Assembly: GCA_977020255.1 (NCBI GenBank)
Contig: CDROCS010000194.1
Coordinates: forward strand, 1,178,001 to 1,242,000
From: Obrimoposthia wandeli
Lineage: Eukaryota
Length of the DNA: 64,000 bases
Reading direction: 5' to 3'
Part shown: positions 61,853 to 64,000 of the stretch, in pieces
How the letters are laid out: every line of letters begins with the position of its first letter
Position numbering within the stretch: the first letter of the stretch is position 1
Translations under genes and position numbers: made by a program
The notes under the pieces: model-generated
What the model saw: the letters and a program-made list of their open reading frames with translations, nothing else
What the model was told of the DNA's origin: nothing
Database searches by the model: none

Positions 61853-63117
61853 GCTACCAATCACCTGGACACAATTACAGACCACAAAGGACCTACTCGG
61901 TCAGATCAAGCCTCAATTTAGCAAAAATTGTTAGATGAAGACTAGAAAACATGCCAGAAAGATCGGTGTTTGTGAAATTCCTTTATCAAAAATGCGCTAT
62001 TAGTATTGCATATAAAATAGGAAAAAGTCCATACCTATTATTTATCGAAAAGATAAGAATAACGAAAAATCTACAACAAATAGCCCGTTGGACTTAAGAG
62101 AAACGAAGAGACCTACAAGACCTATTCAATGTTTGTGAAATGACCAGAGAAATAGTATGAATCAATGTGATGAGAATAAAAGGGTTTTCAGATTGAAAGT
62201 TACAAGGTTGTAGGGATGCCCAGAAAGTGATAGAGGAAGTAAAAAACATTTTGTACGGAAATGTAATCGTAAGTGGAGGTTGTTCATCGTCATTTACTTG
62301 GGAACGCCAATGAATATAAGAGCTCAATTGAATCACAACCATCCAAATATTGTACTCGCAAACATGGTGCACCATGACCTACATGACCTACATGAAGATG
62401 CAACTCAAACCAGGGAAACATTTAGATTAAGAGAATAAATGTTGAGAGAGGAATTTGATTTGACGGAGGTAATAAATCCTGTAAACAGGGAGATCAACCA
62501 AAGTTACTCGATTTCAGCTGAGACCAGAAACTCGGAATCTGGCACACAGAATTCTCCGATTGTTTAAGAATGAGGTAGTTCTATTTTTGGTTTTAATTTC
62601 TTCATCATTTTTTTATTCGAAGTATTATTATCTAATCAAAAATTTTGCTTAAATTGCAATCACTTTTTATGACTTACAAAATTGACATTTTTATTGCATA
62701 CATGTATCACTGATTTTTAAAACGGGGATCCAGATTTCATTGCCTTGGCAAACTTAGCCACGATTTGTTGATAAAGACTTGTACACTGATTTTTAGGGTT
62801 ACATTTCAATTTAATTTCTGAGGACATTGATTTTGTGACCCCGAGGATTGTTAGAATAAGTTAAGAAAGTATATAAAGGTTAAGAAAATATATTAAATAC
62901 TTTCCTTTAGATGGAAAAAAAACACTCTTTTAAAATTAATTGGCAAATGCACCTTGGCATGCTTTTTTATCTCGTTTAGTCCCCGACAGCTAAAAACTAT
63001 CTATCAAGGTCCTCGTCAGGGGGGACGGCTGATACTTATCTCTGAATTCGCGGTTGGAAAACGCCAGCGAAGCCAGAGATAAGAAATTTTTTTCCCTCAA
63101 TTATATGCTGGTGATTC

Positions 63118-63829
63118 NNNNNNNNNNNNNNNNNNNNNNNNNNNNNNNNNNNNNNNNNNNNNNNNNNNNNNNNNNNNNNNNNNNNNNNNNNNNNNNNNNN
63201 NNNNNNNNNNNNNNNNNNNNNNNNNNNNNNNNNNNNNNNNNNNNNNNNNNNNNNNNNNNNNNNNNNNNNNNNNNNNNNNNNNNNNNNNNNNNNNNNNNNN
63301 NNNNNNNNNNNNNNNNNNNNNNNNNNNNNNNNNNNNNNNNNNNNNNNNNNNNNNNNNNNNNNNNNNNNNNNNNNNNNNNNNNNNNNNNNNNNNNNNNNNN
63401 NNNNNNNNNNNNNNNNNNNNNNNNNNNNNNNNNNNNNNNNNNNNNNNNNNNNNNNNNNNNNNNNNNNNNNNNNNNNNNNNNNNNNNNNNNNNNNNNNNNN
63501 NNNNNNNNNNNNNNNNNNNNNNNNNNNNNNNNNNNNNNNNNNNNNNNNNNNNNNNNNNNNNNNNNNNNNNNNNNNNNNNNNNNNNNNNNNNNNNNNNNNN
63601 NNNNNNNNNNNNNNNNNNNNNNNNNNNNNNNNNNNNNNNNNNNNNNNNNNNNNNNNNNNNNNNNNNNNNNNNNNNNNNNNNNNNNNNNNNNNNNNNNNNN
63701 NNNNNNNNNNNNNNNNNNNNNNNNNNNNNNNNNNNNNNNNNNNNNNNNNNNNNNNNNNNNNNNNNNNNNNNNNNNNNNNNNNNNNNNNNNNNNNNNNNNN
63801 NNNNNNNNNNNNNNNNNNNNNNNNNNNNN
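63118..63829. other. Assembly gap (N run)
   Basis: Continuous Ns. Confidence 1.
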
Positions 63830-64000
63830 GTGGGTAGTTGCTGCTGCCGACCGGCTTAGATGTCAGATAGTGACAAGCAGCGATGGGAATTGGCGAAATC
63901 CCTGGGTCTGTGCATATGTGTGCAGGGTTGTGTCATCTGTTCCATCTCGTCCTCTCTTCTCTCGTTCTGCTGGGGAGATATCAGCTATAAAACTGGGCTC

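Noticed and set aside
61900-62620. Possible BEL/Pao reverse transcriptase remnant
   Set aside because: Only a vague resemblance; no catalytic YxDD is preserved.
63830-64000. GC-rich sequence after the gap as an exon
   Set aside because: Too short and truncated by the gap and the window end.

Overview
AT-rich eukaryotic (animal-like) genomic DNA with very short (about 31-47 nt) GT-AG introns, dominated by transposable elements. The centrepiece is a near full-length but decaying Polinton/Maverick element at 21024-40811, with AGTAG...CTACT termini and complex TIRs. It carries packaging ATPase, integrase-chromodomain, minor and major capsid, PW, adenain-type protease and protein-primed PolB genes. 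Its accessory genes are a spliced TBP-like gene, a pair of divergent paralogous orphan ORFs, a DnaQ-like ORF and a multi-exon orphan. Two elements have inserted into it: a TA-flanked IS630/Tc1-like element with a spliced DD30E transposase, inside PolB, and a hAT element with an 8-bp TSD. Four further Polinton fragments lie at 1-2467, 2468-4248, 17456-~19090 and ~61030-61852. Apparent host genes are ATG12 (~9040-9390) and an intronless orphan type I membrane protein (14336-15265). The rest is hAT, Tc1/mariner, pogo, piggyBac and LINE remnants plus an assembly gap (63118-63829). The most interesting signal is a possible element-encoded transcription module: a TBP-like protein, a Cys/His-rich plus acidic Trp-repeat leader on PolB, and TATA/CCAAT-like promoters. 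All protein assignments come from motif recognition by eye; no database searches were run.
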